From positions 54,932,001-54,996,000 of the forward strand of contig JAGIQG010000004.1 in assembly GCA_024679065.1 (NCBI GenBank): a stretch of 64,000 bases of DNA, given 5' to 3'. Below are positions 48,301-61,341 of this stretch, piece after piece (within the stretch, counting starts at the first letter, position 1; each line of letters opens with the position of its first letter). Under the pieces are notes generated by a model. The model was not told the origin of the DNA and searched no databases. It worked only from the letters and a program-made list of their open reading frames with translations. The DNA comes from Sphyrna mokarran (lineage: Eukaryota). Made by a program: the position numbers and the translations under genes.

Positions 48301-50462
48301 CCATTAATAAGATTTACCTGATATCCCATAGCTATTAATTGAATTATGTTTCCAGAAGCTGCTCTTGTGGGATGCGAATCCATGTCCTTAGATTGATTAC
48401 TAGCCTGAGTGCATGGCTGGCTATATAAATCGATTTCAAACATTTCATTAAATTCAGTGTAAAGACACTTTAATGTTTCTGTTGATATTTCCCGTGACAT
48501 TTCCGTGATTATTAATATGCGTAAAACTTACGAAAAAAATCACTATGAATTCTACTGTAGGTGGCTTTCCTTTTAGAAACAGTTTTTCCCCTACCTCGGT
48601 TTGGTTTAGGAATCGTGTACACCACAATAGCCGGAGTCTTGAGGGTGACATGAGATACCTGGCATGTATAATTGACGCCTCTCGGTACAGGCTGATTCTC
48701 AACAAAAGTGCTGGAAACCTCATACAGTCCGTCTCTGTTCTGCACTTTACTGGTGTGTATTCCTGATGCAGTTTCGACGCCATTTTTATACCAAGTGAGG
48801 ATGTAATTTTCCGGATAAAATGCAGCCGTTTCACAGACGAGGATCAGAGGCGCAGTCGAATTCCCTTCAGTTGTCCTGGAGAAAAGATTCAGTGGGCTTG
48901 GAGCCGCTGCGGAACAGAAAATGAGCAAAGTACTGTGCACGGTTTGGAAAAATTAAATATACTTTTGACGTTCGGTTAATATTCTTACTCATTCGCAATT
49001 CCTATTTCCTGCATTTGAATATTACACACAAGATCAATATACAACTAATCCATATAAAGACCGGCATTCGATCACCTACAATCATTTTTGAATTCCCTGT
49101 GGGACACAGGGTGAGGTGATTTGCTAACCAACGTTCTGTTAAAGCAGCTGGAGAATTAAATCTTGATGAGACAGTGGTCTCGCTGAGTTTTTACGTGTTT
49201 TATATACAATGACATGACAGATTGACGAATAATATTCATATTCTTGATGATGAAATAAACGTTTTAATGCTTCTTTAAAGCCGCAGCTTGATATTTGATT
49301 AGACAAACTACTTCCATTTAAATCGGCCGAAGTTTCACTAGCAGAGCCTCTCTGTTAAATTATAGGCAAAATGTTGCAGATGCTGGAATCTGAAACAGCA
49401 TCTCTGCGTTGTTTATTTATTTATTTGAAAATTAGTGAACTGGGAGCCATGTATGTCTGAAACTCCAAACGGTTGAGTAAATAGATTTGGTCCACAGTTA
49501 AACATTAAATATTTGAATACGTGCCGTATCGTTCTTTGAAACTTACTTTAAGGAATACTGGTATTCATGGACAATTAAAACTAAGCCAAAAGCTTTGCAT
49601 ATTTTTCTTGGGAATGGCCCATTAGTATAAAAGATTTTCAGTTAGTTTTACTTTAGGAATTCATTCTGAATGCAGCCAATATAAATCTGGTGCATAAATT
49701 GATTTTATAGTTGTGATGTGTTTGATAAATATTACTAATATATTCAGTACTCTCCGAATGGCATTGCTGGTATATATTTAATGCAGAGGATACGAATATA
49801 CAGCTAACTTATCGCCAAATATGTTCATAGACATGATTTCACTAAGAAAAAGAATGCACATTCCCATTGTTGTGTTTGATGTATTATGGCGACCTCGTTC
49901 GCCTGTATTTCAGTCTTACCATGTACAATTAGATGCGATCCGGTTCCATTTCGTTGATCTATTCCCCGACGGATCACGGTACAGTGGTAGATTCCAGAGT
50001 CTTGCAATTTCACATTTACTAAGCGAAAGAAACCGCTCACTCTATTTTCCACACCAAAAGTTTTTCTCTTGTCTGGGCTTGAATGCAGGAATTCACTCTC
50101 ACCATGTTTCCACCAGAATACCCGTACCCAGGATTGGGATTGAAAAATGGGGAATATACAGTAGAAGGTGATGTTTCCCCCTCTGGATACAATCGCTTCG
50201 ACTGGTGCTTGAGACACACTGAACGAAGTATGGTCCGCAACTGTCAGAAAGATAGACAGACACAGGTTAATTGCATTAAATACAACATAAATGTAGAAAA
50301 GTGGAAGTGTAATCTAGAGAGAGGAAATAAGGTTCTTTAAATTGATATGAAAACTACTTCCTCGGAAGTTATTAATCAAAGCAACATGGCAAGTGAAAAA
50401 CTAGTACCTGTAAGAATAATTCCTCGGAGGACCAAGCACAAAAGTGCTATGATCGTTGTCAT
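45303..50462 (-). CDS. Receptor B: paralogous VJ-C1 receptor, putative activating form (298 aa, TM arginine, tyrosine-free short tail)
   Basis: join(50462-50408, 50240-49920, 48906-48595, 47028-46918, 46101-46058, 45356-45303), all GT-AG, 897 nt to TAA. An 8-nt deletion in exon 6 relative to copy A shifts the frame. Could alternatively be a decaying gene. Confidence 0.82.
45783..45942. mobile_element. Paralog of the Penelope-derived fold-back element
   Basis: Homologous to 2327-2486. Confidence 0.6.
46058..46101 (-). CDS. Receptor B exon 5, cytoplasmic spacer (DKNGSVTGGKRSEEL)
   Basis: Acceptor ttttcag, donor G|GTAGGT, 44 nt. Confidence 0.76.
46918..47028 (-). CDS. Receptor B exon 4, transmembrane with Arg (ENISILLYYSIRVCALVGLFLVFAIVITRQQQMLKNK)
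   Basis: Acceptor cttgcag, donor G|GTAAGA, 111 nt. In-frame +9 and -3 nt indels versus copy A. Confidence 0.88.
47245..47495 (-). mobile_element. Deu-domain SINE fragment (copy B)
   Basis: Paralog of 3690-3937. Confidence 0.7.
48072..48420 (-). mobile_element. Deu-domain SINE (copy B)
   Basis: Paralog of 4512-4855. Confidence 0.7.
48595..48906 (-). CDS. Receptor B exon 3, C1-set Ig domain
   Basis: 312 nt, LVCETAAFYP...YTCQVSH, four amino-acid differences from copy A. Lies within ORF 48512..48940. Confidence 0.95.
49920..50240 (-). CDS. Receptor B exon 2, V-set Ig domain with J-like G strand
   Basis: 321 nt, same splice sites as copy A, one amino-acid difference (VENR vs VENK). Overlaps ORF 49825..50217. 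Confidence 0.95.
50408..50462 (-). CDS. Receptor B exon 1, signal peptide MTTIIALLCLVLRGIILT
   Basis: ATG at 50462, 55 nt, phase-1 donor, paralog of 6821-6875. Confidence 0.85.
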
Positions 50463-50466
50463 GATT

Positions 50467-50620
50467 TGCAAGGCTTCCAACTGTTGTCTCTGTGCTAACT
50501 GCGAACTTACAACTTTTAAAAATAGCGTGTTGTTCGTGTTCCTTCAGAGACGTCACAGCCAGGATGTTGATATTTTACTTTCAACATCCGGAAAGTGAGG
50601 TTTCAAAAACTACGCTTCCA
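50467..50620 (-). promoter_or_regulatory. Putative proximal promoter of receptor B
   Basis: Paralog of 6880-7030 with ACATCCGGAAAGTG conserved. Confidence 0.4.
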
Positions 50621-53600
50621 TTTTTAAGTGAGATTTTCTAATTTTTGCAACTACTGAGTTTCCTGGAATTACATGTTTTACTGGCAGCACAAAGTAAGGA
50701 GAATGCAGATTTTCTAACACTGAATTTATGAACATTCTCCGAGTTAATTTGTTTCCTGACAGGTAATGAACGAAAATGAATTGAGAATACGCACCATGCT
50801 CATATTCAGACCTACTGTAAATAAGGACAGCTGTCTGGCTGTTTTTATACTGCACAAGAGCTAGAGAGACATGATCTGGGAGCTGACCACATATGCACTG
50901 TGTTCAGTGAGACCAGAAGATTGGGGATATGTTGGCTATTTCTAAGGAGAGCACAGTAGAATTCGAGTTTTTTGAAGAGGAATGATGACAATGGTATCCA
51001 TGGGCCTAAAGTCATCAAATAAGCCGACTGTTAGCATGTTAGCTGTGACCGGACTGTAAAAGTGGGCGATAAGTTGTTCATTCGCATATAAACTATGCAT
51101 TGAAAATGGTTCTTAGATAATACATGTTTAAAGTGTGTCTGGGGAAGAAGACGAGAGATTTCTGCGTTACAGAATTTTTCGCTTATGGTAGGATGCGGAG
51201 TAGCAATTTGGTTCGCTAGATAAATGGAAAGAAGGAAGCAATAGAAATCATTGGCTGGAAGATAATTTGGTGACAAAGGATTCCTTGAACGTCTTGTAAT
51301 ACTCGCTAAGCGAGAAAGCTTGAGAGATTTAAGCAGAATGTTTTGGTTTGGGGGTAGGGAGGGTGAATGTGTAGGGTGGCGGGTTGTTTGTGATGAGCGT
51401 GGCAGTTGCGGTGCAGGGGAACAAAAAAATTATTTGTTGTTGCTCTCCAGCACAATTATCTAATAATGAGCAGTTGTGGCTGTGAACGGTGAGACTTTGG
51501 GAAGCTTCTCTTGATTTAACCAGATAAGGCTCTGGATGGTTAGACCCGTTGTTTGTAAGAGCTAGTCAATCAATGTTATACCATTATTACAGTAAGCATT
51601 CGAGAACGTGAGGCATTTATTTTGACTACTTGCGCTTACTCTTTATATCCTTTCTTTTCTCAACAGAATTCCAAATTATTTCATTCGAGGAGTGCACTGT
51701 TTCCAATCTGTATCCCAGAAAAACATTTTGCTACAAAGCTGTATAATCTGGTAGCCATCACAGGAATTGTCTTGTATTTTATGGTCGCATGCTTCCTCTC
51801 AAAGTAATTTTTTGGATACAATTATTCAATCAGAGAGCGGGCTTCATACTCAATGGTGTCTCATGTCCAGCTCAGTCGATTGTGAGTTGGATAATCATTC
51901 CGGGGGCTTCAACAGTCAATCCGAATTGTAAGATAATGCTTTGCTAGCCGAATGCTACAATATTAGAGATGTCTCATTTTAGATGAGGTGTTCAGTAACA
52001 GCAGCTGCTTCGTAAAACGACCTTTCCTTCTCCAGTCCTTGCTTCCTGTTTTCTTTCACCTTTCCATGTAACATTTACACTTCGATGTGTATTAGGTCAC
52101 ATCGAATATTACCTACTGCTTTGGGAGAGAACACCAAGATGAATGATGAAAAACGAGATAAAAATTGCACAGCCAACTGAGAAAGCCAACTCTCTTGGTG
52201 TGAAGATGAGTTCGGAAATGGGAGAGATTGTACCCAGTTTCATGGAATTCAGTTATTCAGATGGGTAGGAGACGCTGAGAACATGCTTTTTAGAACAGAA
52301 ACAAGGAAGAATAAATGTGATAAAAATTTTCGAAACTATCAGTAGCTATACAGATGTAAATGGAAAAATTGTTTCTCGGATTTGTAAGGTAAACACGAAC
52401 ATCTGTGATGATTAGCGAAGTAGTCAGAGGTGAGAAATATTTATGGGCACTGCACTATATTCTCCCTTATTCCTTCAGGGATGTTGATGTCGTTGGAAAG
52501 ATCACCATTTGTTACTTATCCCAAATTGCATAATCAAGAATTTTGTTGTAGATCTGGAGTCACTCACCGGCCAGACTGGACAATAAGACAAATAAACTTC
52601 CATAAGGGCCATTACTGGGGGGGGAAATTCACTGATAGAAGATTTAGATTCCAGATAAAATAGCTGCTTCAAATACCTCAATAACTTAAATATTAGCTGA
52701 CGTGCTGGTATTTGGTCGAATGCTGCCAATTCCTTACAGTCGGTCCTCTTAATTGTTTCGTCAATCGTTAGCATCTAAGCCACCATCTTTGCGCTCTGTG
52801 CTGCACATGCTAAGCAATGTTTGGCTAGCATCAAGCAAATGGATGCCAAAATGTCCTAAACACTTGACTGAAAATGTTTTAATTGCAGCCTATCAAAGTA
52901 GCCGCGTTAAGTACTGAATTCTATCGTACTGAAACAAGTCGCAGGAGATAATACTGGCGAGGGGAAAAATGATATGTGTTTACGTAAGACCGAGTTTCCG
53001 CGGAACTTTGAAGCTGCTGTCCTGCATTTATATGGTACCGGAGCATTTTGGTTTGTGCTGATATGGATCGAGTATTACATCTTAACAAAATGAATGTTTT
53101 CAGTACCAAACCACGAACCAGTACGAAAAAGCAAAATATTCCCCAAGCCGTAGCTTGACTAAATAAAAAGGCCGTGATCAATTGAAATGCACGATTATTA
53201 CATTGAACAATATGAAGGGAAATACGGGGATATCTAACAGTAACAGACCACAGAAAATTCAGAGCTAAAGGCGAACATTCAAAGGTGAATAAAAGTGGAC
53301 ATTTATAAGAAAACAAGTACCAAATATATTGATAGAGTTCTATATTGATAGAATACCAACGCTTAATGGCAAATATTCACGTCAAATCGGTATGCATTAG
53401 CAGGACAAGAGAAATGATGCTAACATAATCTTGATGTTCTTTATAGTTTTCCAGTCAATTGTCTTTTCTGGACTTTAAAAGCTAAATTAAAGGATATGGT
53501 TCAATATCTAAGCCTGGTACAAAAACAAATTCTTGTTTACCGCGCGACATGTGCAGAAGCAAACAATTCAGTGCGTTCCGATTTTCGGAAGTTGACAGAA

Positions 53601-53779
53601 TTTTACAACAGGCAGTTTTTTTTTGCATTCTCGGTATTCCCAATTTCTATTTTTTTTCTGCAAATTTTTGATGGTTTCATAATCATTAGTGTCATGAAAC
53701 TATAATTTTGTAGTTTGAATTAATATGTTCTGAAGAACTTTTTGCTCAAATTGATGAAGCCATTTAACAAAAGCGATTC

Positions 53780-53985
53780 CAGAATTATTGGAAACCAGAC
53801 CGTTTAGTTCAGGAGACAGCCTTAATTGTGGGACAATTAACAAAAGCAAAACCAGAATTATTGGAAACCAGAGAAGTTCGTTCAGAAGACAGTCTTCATT
53901 GTGCAACAATTAGCAAAAGAAAAACCAGGGTTATTAGAAACGAGACAGGTTAGTTCAGGAGACAGACTTAATTGTGAGACAATTA
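53780..53985 (+). repeat. 73-bp tandem repeat (copy B)
   Basis: Paralog of 11311-11516. Confidence 0.9.
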
Positions 53986-54924
53986 AAGAATAATTGTTCA
54001 TTAATAGAAATGCTAGGAAGACCGGAAGGAAGACCGGAAGTGTAATTTTGAAAAGAAAACTTTCTTTTATAATTATGAACAAATCATTAACAGTTGCTTA
54101 TTAATACAGTTTCTTAAAATGCTGTGGAAGTAAAAATCTGGTGTACTTCTCAGGCCACTGAGTAAAAAGAGATAATATGACTTGTTAATCTTATCTAGAA
54201 AGAATGAATAGGCACTTGATTAATGAGATGCTGAAAAATGTGGGCAGTGAGGGAAAGACACAGCTTTTGACGGATAAGCGTTGAAAGTTATTTTCTAAGT
54301 TTTTCGGAGTCGTCACTTCAGAACGTCGCCTTTGAAGGTGTCACGAAATTTCTTCGATTGTTAAAGATAAGCTCTCTCCTCTTATTACTATCAACGAATA
54401 GCATATTGCTATTAATTAGTACTTTGCCTTTTATCTTTCTGACGTTTTACCTTTTTCATAATTAATAAACATGTTGTACTCGCCATTTAAAGTGACCTTT
54501 CTTCCAATATAGTTAAGTCTGTAGATTCTGATGCGATTTTTAAATGGATGGTAATTGCAAACAAATGATCCCTACAAATCTTAGATCAGATAAATAAAAA
54601 AAATGTAATACTGCCTCTGCATGAAGAAGATTCCGAAGGAGACGTCGCTTCACTCCGAACTGATTGAGAATTGCGTTGCTTTTTCCTAAAAGGCTTTGAA
54701 ATAAATTTGAATTTGAAGTCTCAACACATATATATTTCGTGTGATATCATTTATTTTATATTATACTCGACAACAGCTTGCGCAACATCTCTAAGCATCA
54801 GACCGTTGATTAGCTTACTTGGCGATTGCTGTTCCCACAACCATCCTATTGTTTATTAAAAATGCTGTTAAAGTCAAAGCATGTTGTGTTGATCGCTATA
54901 ACTTCGGCACAATACTGACAGTGT

Positions 54925-55276
54925 AGGCAATGGCCTAGTGGTATTATTGCTGGATCATTATTTCAGAAAATCAGTTGATGTTCTGGGGATCGGGGTTCGA
55001 ATCTCGTCACGGCAGCTGGTGGACTTTGAATTCAATAAAACTTATCTGCAATTCAGAATCCCCTGATAACCATTGTCGATTATTGGAAGACCCATCTGTT
55101 TCTCTAATGCCCTGTGGGAAAGGAAATCTGCCGATCTTACCCGGACTGATCTAGATGTGATTCCAGAACCACTGCAATCTGGTTGACTCACAACTGCTCT
55201 CTGAACGAGGGCACCTAGGCCTCGGCAATAAACGCTAGCAAGCCAGCAACTGGCTGTTCTACGAATTAATAAAAAA
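54925..55276 (+). mobile_element. Deu-domain SINE (copy B)
   Basis: Paralog of 12450-12802. Confidence 0.8.
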
Positions 55277-56929
55277 ATTCTCTGGTCATTGCGCGCATCC
55301 GCTCCGTAGTAGCCATTAACTGTGAGAAATAGAATTGTTCTGTGTGTCCACCTATGGATACAGAAGGACACGTAGTCGTGTTGTAATAATTTAAAAACTA
55401 TTTAACGCAACCACAAACCAGGGTCTGGTGACTTGAAAGAAACAAACATGGTTTATCTCATATTCTTCTCGACATACCTTATCTGCGAGATCTTCCTCTC
55501 CCTTTCCTGGCAGTTGTCAGGACCGCGCGGTGATATCGGTAGATATTATGCTGTTATTGCGGCTGACATGTCGAAAGTAACTACATAAATTATTCTTTGT
55601 TTCTTTTTTAAACAAAGATGTTTATTTTTCTTCACAATCGAGAAATTGAATAGGATGCATAGATATATCCAAAAGCCAGTCGAATGTAGAATCACAGACA
55701 CAGATTTACTCAGTTATACATTTTATACCTTTACTGTGACCAAAGTCTACCCAAAGAACTAAACAATTAAAACAGGCATGAAAACAAAACCCAACCAAAA
55801 TGGGAAAGATGTAAAGTGCACAGGGGCCTTAAACTGTTTAAATTTAAACTCCATGGGCCTACTTAGAAAATAACTTACTACAACGTAACACGGCATTTCT
55901 CACTTTTGAGAAGTACCTATTAATTTTTCCCCAGTACAGAATGACACTTCTTTTCGCGTCGATTACGTTTCAATCAGGTAGGCTTAATTTAGGTATGAAA
56001 TAAATGCAGTGCATCTCTGCCTTGCCTAATGTGTGTCGATAACTATTTGTACTATGAGTTCGGCTTTCTGAGAACTCTTTGTTAACCTGACGCCTAATTC
56101 TACCTAATGAATTGAGCCCAGATTTTGTGTCTTGAATGTTTACGTGATGCTTTCAAGCAAATGCATGACTCATTTTGGACATTATAATTTTTATTTTAGG
56201 AACGGCTGCTAAGAGCAGCTTTTCCTGAGATTCGTTTTTAGTGTTCACAAAATATTTAACTATATTTCAAGTGATTCATGATACCGGAACTACCGCCATT
56301 GCCGTCAGACCTAGAATAAAATTCGGCATTAATCTCATTATGCCTCGCATCGGTGTTACTGGGAACTCGCTAATGTTTTCAGAATAACAGGTGACGGCGT
56401 TCAGAATGAGGGGCCATAGTTGTAGGATGATGGTAAATCTTTTAGAACTGAGCTGAGACAATTTTTTTCACCCAGAGAGCGGCGAATGTGTAGTATTCAC
56501 CAGCACGAAAGATAGATGAGGCCAAAACATTCTTTGATTTCGAGGGGAAATTTCAGACAGCTCTGGAGCCTAAAGGGATCAAGGATATGAAGGAAGTTGG
56601 GATTAGAATATCGAATTCGATAATCAAAATGAATGATGGAGCCAGCTCGAATGGCCCACTCCTGCTTCTAGTTTTTATGTTTCTACCTTATCAGTAACTT
56701 GACTAACATTTCCAAGGGCGTTAATGGTTGTCTATTGGTGCTTAAACTTCCTGCATGGCAACAAACAAGTAACTTCCACCGATGTTTCCACCTCTCCCAT
56801 AATCAACCCTGACGAAGCTACCAGGATATTATACTTCTTGCTTATTGCTATTCCAAAATAAGTTTATCATCCTTTCTTGGTACGCTTCAGGGGTTGAGCA
56901 GATCGACGGGCAGGGAACGTTTAATTGGA

Positions 56930-57812
56930 GAAGACGGTCATCTGCAACATAAATTGTTTCTTCTTGCTGAAGATATCTGCTGAATATGCGTTCAGAATCA
57001 TTAAGTTTTCCGCCTCTCTGATCGCAAACAGCTGTCTTGTCTGCACCCGTTCTCCATGCATTAACATTGACTCCTCTAGGTCATCAATAGACGTGCTTGC
57101 AAAGAATGACTGCCGCTTTCCGTTAGACGCCCCAAGACCGTATTTGGCGATTTCATGTTTGTCGATGACAGAGCACAAACTGCCAGATCCGATCTTGACA
57201 CCCATCGTAGCATGTGCGTGTGTTCCATTGCACGTGACATCGTTGGCCTTATGATCAGCATAAAGAAAACCGAAGCAACGTATCAGCTTGCTCCAGCGAA
57301 GCTCTATCTCAAGTTCCGTAGTCCACAGTGGTTCACTTGCCTTGACTGCACTCTCCCTGGCTGCTCCACTCCCTTCTTTTTCGATCATCCACAAAACGCC
57401 TGCAAGAATTGTAAAAGCGCCACTGTAACCATTAAAACACCGCGAATAGTAGTCATGTTATGAAGACGAGCAGTCTGTCTGCCAGACTGAAATTCTATGG
57501 AGTAATGATCCTCTGTATGCAGGCCTTGGCGCTGGAAATTGTACCTCCGCCACGCCAAAAAATTCGACGGCTTTAACTTGAGTTATCCTTGGAAGCATCT
57601 GAAGATTGGATGGTCATGCAAAATACCAGAGAGTGATTGGTTGACCCAAGTTTGTATGTCAAACATCCGCACAACAGAGAGGTCACAACTGAATTAAGTC
57701 GATCTGATTGCCAGAATGCCTGATACTCGTTCACCGAAGTTAATGTTCTATGGAGATCTTGTGTAAAGGGACGCCCACAGTCAAAGGTACAGCTACGAGG
57801 ACGTTCTGAAGA
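56930..57812. mobile_element. Decayed RTE-clade LINE fragments (copy B)
   Basis: Paralog of 15490-16370. Confidence 0.55.
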
Positions 57813-58209
57813 CCTTGCTTTGGTGTGTTTATATCGACCCTGATTCCTTTGCAACTCTATAGTTCTTTTAAATTCCAACATATATTAGTTGAATGTGTTG
57901 TATTATATGTAACACACAAATTACTTTCAAGCGTTGATTCTACGTGTATTTGGTACAGACTTTGCGTATTTTCTGTAGCTGTAAGTTTGACAAAACTATT
58001 CTGCAATTTTAGTAGGCTTGTACCAAGCACAGCAACAACAGAAACATACTATAACAAAGCAGTTGCCCTAACAAAATCACATTGATGAGCGTCTGTTTTA
58101 ATGATGTTCTACATCCATTAGACATCTGGATAAATTAGTGCATTTCCCAAGCATCTCATTCTGTCTTATCTCAAATAAGAGTAGACTTATTCTTACTTAT
58201 GTTCTGTGA

Positions 58210-58249
58210 GTGTGTGTGTATGTGTGTGTGTGTGTGTGTGTTTGTGTGT
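58210..58249 (+). repeat. (TG)n microsatellite
   Basis: Direct reading. Confidence 0.95.
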
Positions 58250-58619
58250 TCTCACATGCGTTATGTACTAACTCAGTTCAATGCAAATTGCTTTATTACT
58301 TTTACGGTTATAAGCAAATTCATCACTCAATGTTTTGTTGTAAAAAGTAATTAACTCAATCCAAATAACCGCAAAGCAATATCTAATCACCTAAGCAAAA
58401 TAGAAGGTCGCTGATTGGAATCTGATTTAATGCAAATAAATGAAATCTGAGACTATGAGCTCAACATATCAATTACGGGGGCATAACAACATACTTCCCC
58501 CATTCTGAATAACTGGGGAATGAAGATAGCATGAAATACATTATCTTAACAAAAGGTAAGTAAATTAACAAACTAACCTTACTGACTGGACTTGTCCCAC
58601 GAATATCTGAAATCTTCGA

Positions 58620-59650
58620 GTCTCCTAGGGGTAAGGTAGTAAATATCAGCATATCTTTCCTTTGATAAGAGGACCAAAACTGTTCACAGTATTCCTGTTG
58701 TTGTCTGTCTGGTGATTTGTATACTTTCAGCCAGACTTCCCTCCTTCACGCACAATTCTATTTAAAATAAAGAGCAACAATCCTTTTGCCTTCTCAATTA
58801 CTTCCTGAACATTCAGGCAAGCTTTTTGTAATTTATGCCCAAGGACACCCAAATCCCTTGGGTTGCAGCTTTCTGCAGTCTTTCTTCATTTAAAAAACAT
58901 TCGGCTCCTTTATTCTTCCAGCATAAAATAACATCCTCCTACATTGTGTTCCAAATTTTTGGCCCACTGACTAAAGCTAGCTGCATCTTCTGTACACTAT
59001 TTGTGTCATCCACAACACTTGTCTTTCCATCTATTTTGTGTCATTAGCAAATCTGGCAATAGTACAATTACTTTGCTCATCCACTTCACTGATATATATG
59101 GTAAATAATTGTGGTCCCAGCACTGATCCCTGTGACATTCCACCAGTTACATGTTGCCATCCTGAAAATGTCCCTCTTATTCCAAATCACTATCTTGCCG
59201 TAGGTCGCCAATCCTCTATCCATGCTCATACACTTACCCGACACAATGGAATCTTACACGAAATAGCATTTTGTGTAAAAATCTTATCTTTTTTTTGTAA
59301 ATTCAAGTATACTACATCTAATAGTTCCTCTTTATTAATTCTGCTCATTATCATCTCGAAGAATTGTAATTAATTTTTCAGGAATATTTTCCCCTTCACA
59401 AAGTCAAAACTGACTCTGCTTTCTTATGTTATTCATCCCTAAACCCTCTGCGAAAACATATTTTATGATAGGCTCTAACATTGTCCCAGTAACAAATATT
59501 AAGCTAACTAACTTATACTCATCTGATTTTCTTCTCTTTCCTTTTAGAATGGTGTTATATTTGCAGTTTTTCAATCCTCAGGGAATTTTCCAGAAAGTAA
59601 GGATCTTGGAAACTTACAACCAAATCACCTACTGAGTCTGCCGTCACTTC
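58620..59650 (-). mobile_element. Old CR1 LINE RT fragment (copy B)
   Basis: Paralog of 16478-17505. Confidence 0.75.
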
Positions 59651-60494
59651 TTTTAATATCCATTTCCCTCCAAGGACTTCGGCCGGTGGCAGGCAACGCC
59701 TCCGTTCCCCAATTAATTTCTACTTTGACCCGCAACTTATTTATCAGAACGAATGGTTGGCAGATTCATACTGCAGTGTGAAATCGATGCTCTTTCCCAC
59801 GCTTTGTCACAATTGGAGGCAAGTTCGCAACAGTGTGCTTCTAGTTGGGTCAATCAAGGCTACACTAACTCTCCTCTCCCATATCAAAAATCAATCTACC
59901 TTGCTCTTACAGGTCCAAAAAATTCTATGCTCACTCCTATCGCAGGATTGCATTGCATGGTTCTTTTATGCGTCAGCATAATGCTTATAATGCACCATTT
60001 AATAGCTTGACTGTTCATTTCTGTAGTTGTGAGCCTTCACTATATGGCGAACACTTGAGGTGGAAAACACTAATGGAGTGCACAGAATGAGAGTAATGGT
60101 GAATGTATCTTCAGCCTTAATGTCATGACGTGGCCGGGGATAAAAGGCTTACACGGCTACCTCTATGAGAAGACTAAATTGCTTCTGCCGTCATTTTAAG
60201 GCACCTTAAGAAGAACCTCAGCTTGTGAGCGAATGGCGTTCTTCCATGGCATTTTTACAAATGGTTATTAACTTCGGTATAAAGTGTACTTGCACATGTT
60301 GCTTGGTCTGGAGCATCTGGTCAACCCCTTTCAGGGACAAGGAGAAAACGTTGAGCCCATTATAATTGTCATTTTTCAATTCTATTGTCCCGGTTTGTGT
60401 GTACTACGACGATACATGAGTAACACACTGGGGAGCACTGCAGTGCTTCCTCGCATTTACTGAACAGTGTTGAATGTTGAATCTTTAACCTTGT

Positions 60495-61335
60495 AATCAT
60501 ACAATCATGGAATCATACATTGAAAAGGCCCTGCCGCCCATTGAGCCTGCATCGACGCATTAGAAATACCTGAACTCCCAACCAATCTCATCAGCCGGCA
60601 CTTGATTCATAGCCTGAATGCTATGACGTGCCAAACGCTCATCCAGGTGCATTTTAAAGTATGTGAAGCAACCCGCCTTGACCACCCTCCCAGGCAGTGC
60701 ATTCCAGGCCGTCACCATCCTCTGGGTGAATAAAAACTTTCCTCACATCACCCCTAAATCTCCAGCCCTTCACCTTGAACCTATTTCTTCTTGTGACTGA
60801 CCCTTCAACTAAAGAGAACAGCAGCTCTCCACCTTTCTGTCTATGCCCTTCATTATCCTGTACATCTCAATCAAGTCGCCCCTCCGTCATCTCTCCTCCA
60901 ACGAAAATAATCGAAGCCTATCCATCCTCCTTCATAACTTAAATGTTGCATTTCAAGCAGCATCCAAGTGAATCTTCTCTGCACCCCTTCGAGTGCAATC
61001 AAATCTTCCAATAATGTGGTGACCAGAACTGCACACAATACTCCAGCTGTGGGCTCAGCAAAATTCTATACAACTCCAAGGTTACTTTCCTCTTTTTGTA
61101 ATCTATGCCTCGATTGATAAAGGCAACTGTCCCATTTGCATTTTCACCACCTTACTAATATGCTCTTTCTGTGGATAAACACGCCAAGGTTCCTTCGTTC
61201 CACAGAACTTTCTAGTGTCAACCATTCATTGAATGCTTTCTTATCAAATTATTCTATCTAACGTGTATCGCCTTATACTTTTCGGGGTTAAATTCCATCT
61301 GATGCTTACCTGCCCATTTGATGATTTCATCTCTA
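60495..61335 (-). mobile_element. CR1 LINE 3' fragment (copy B)
   Basis: Paralog of 18360-19180. Confidence 0.85.
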
Positions 61336-61341
61336 TAAGTG

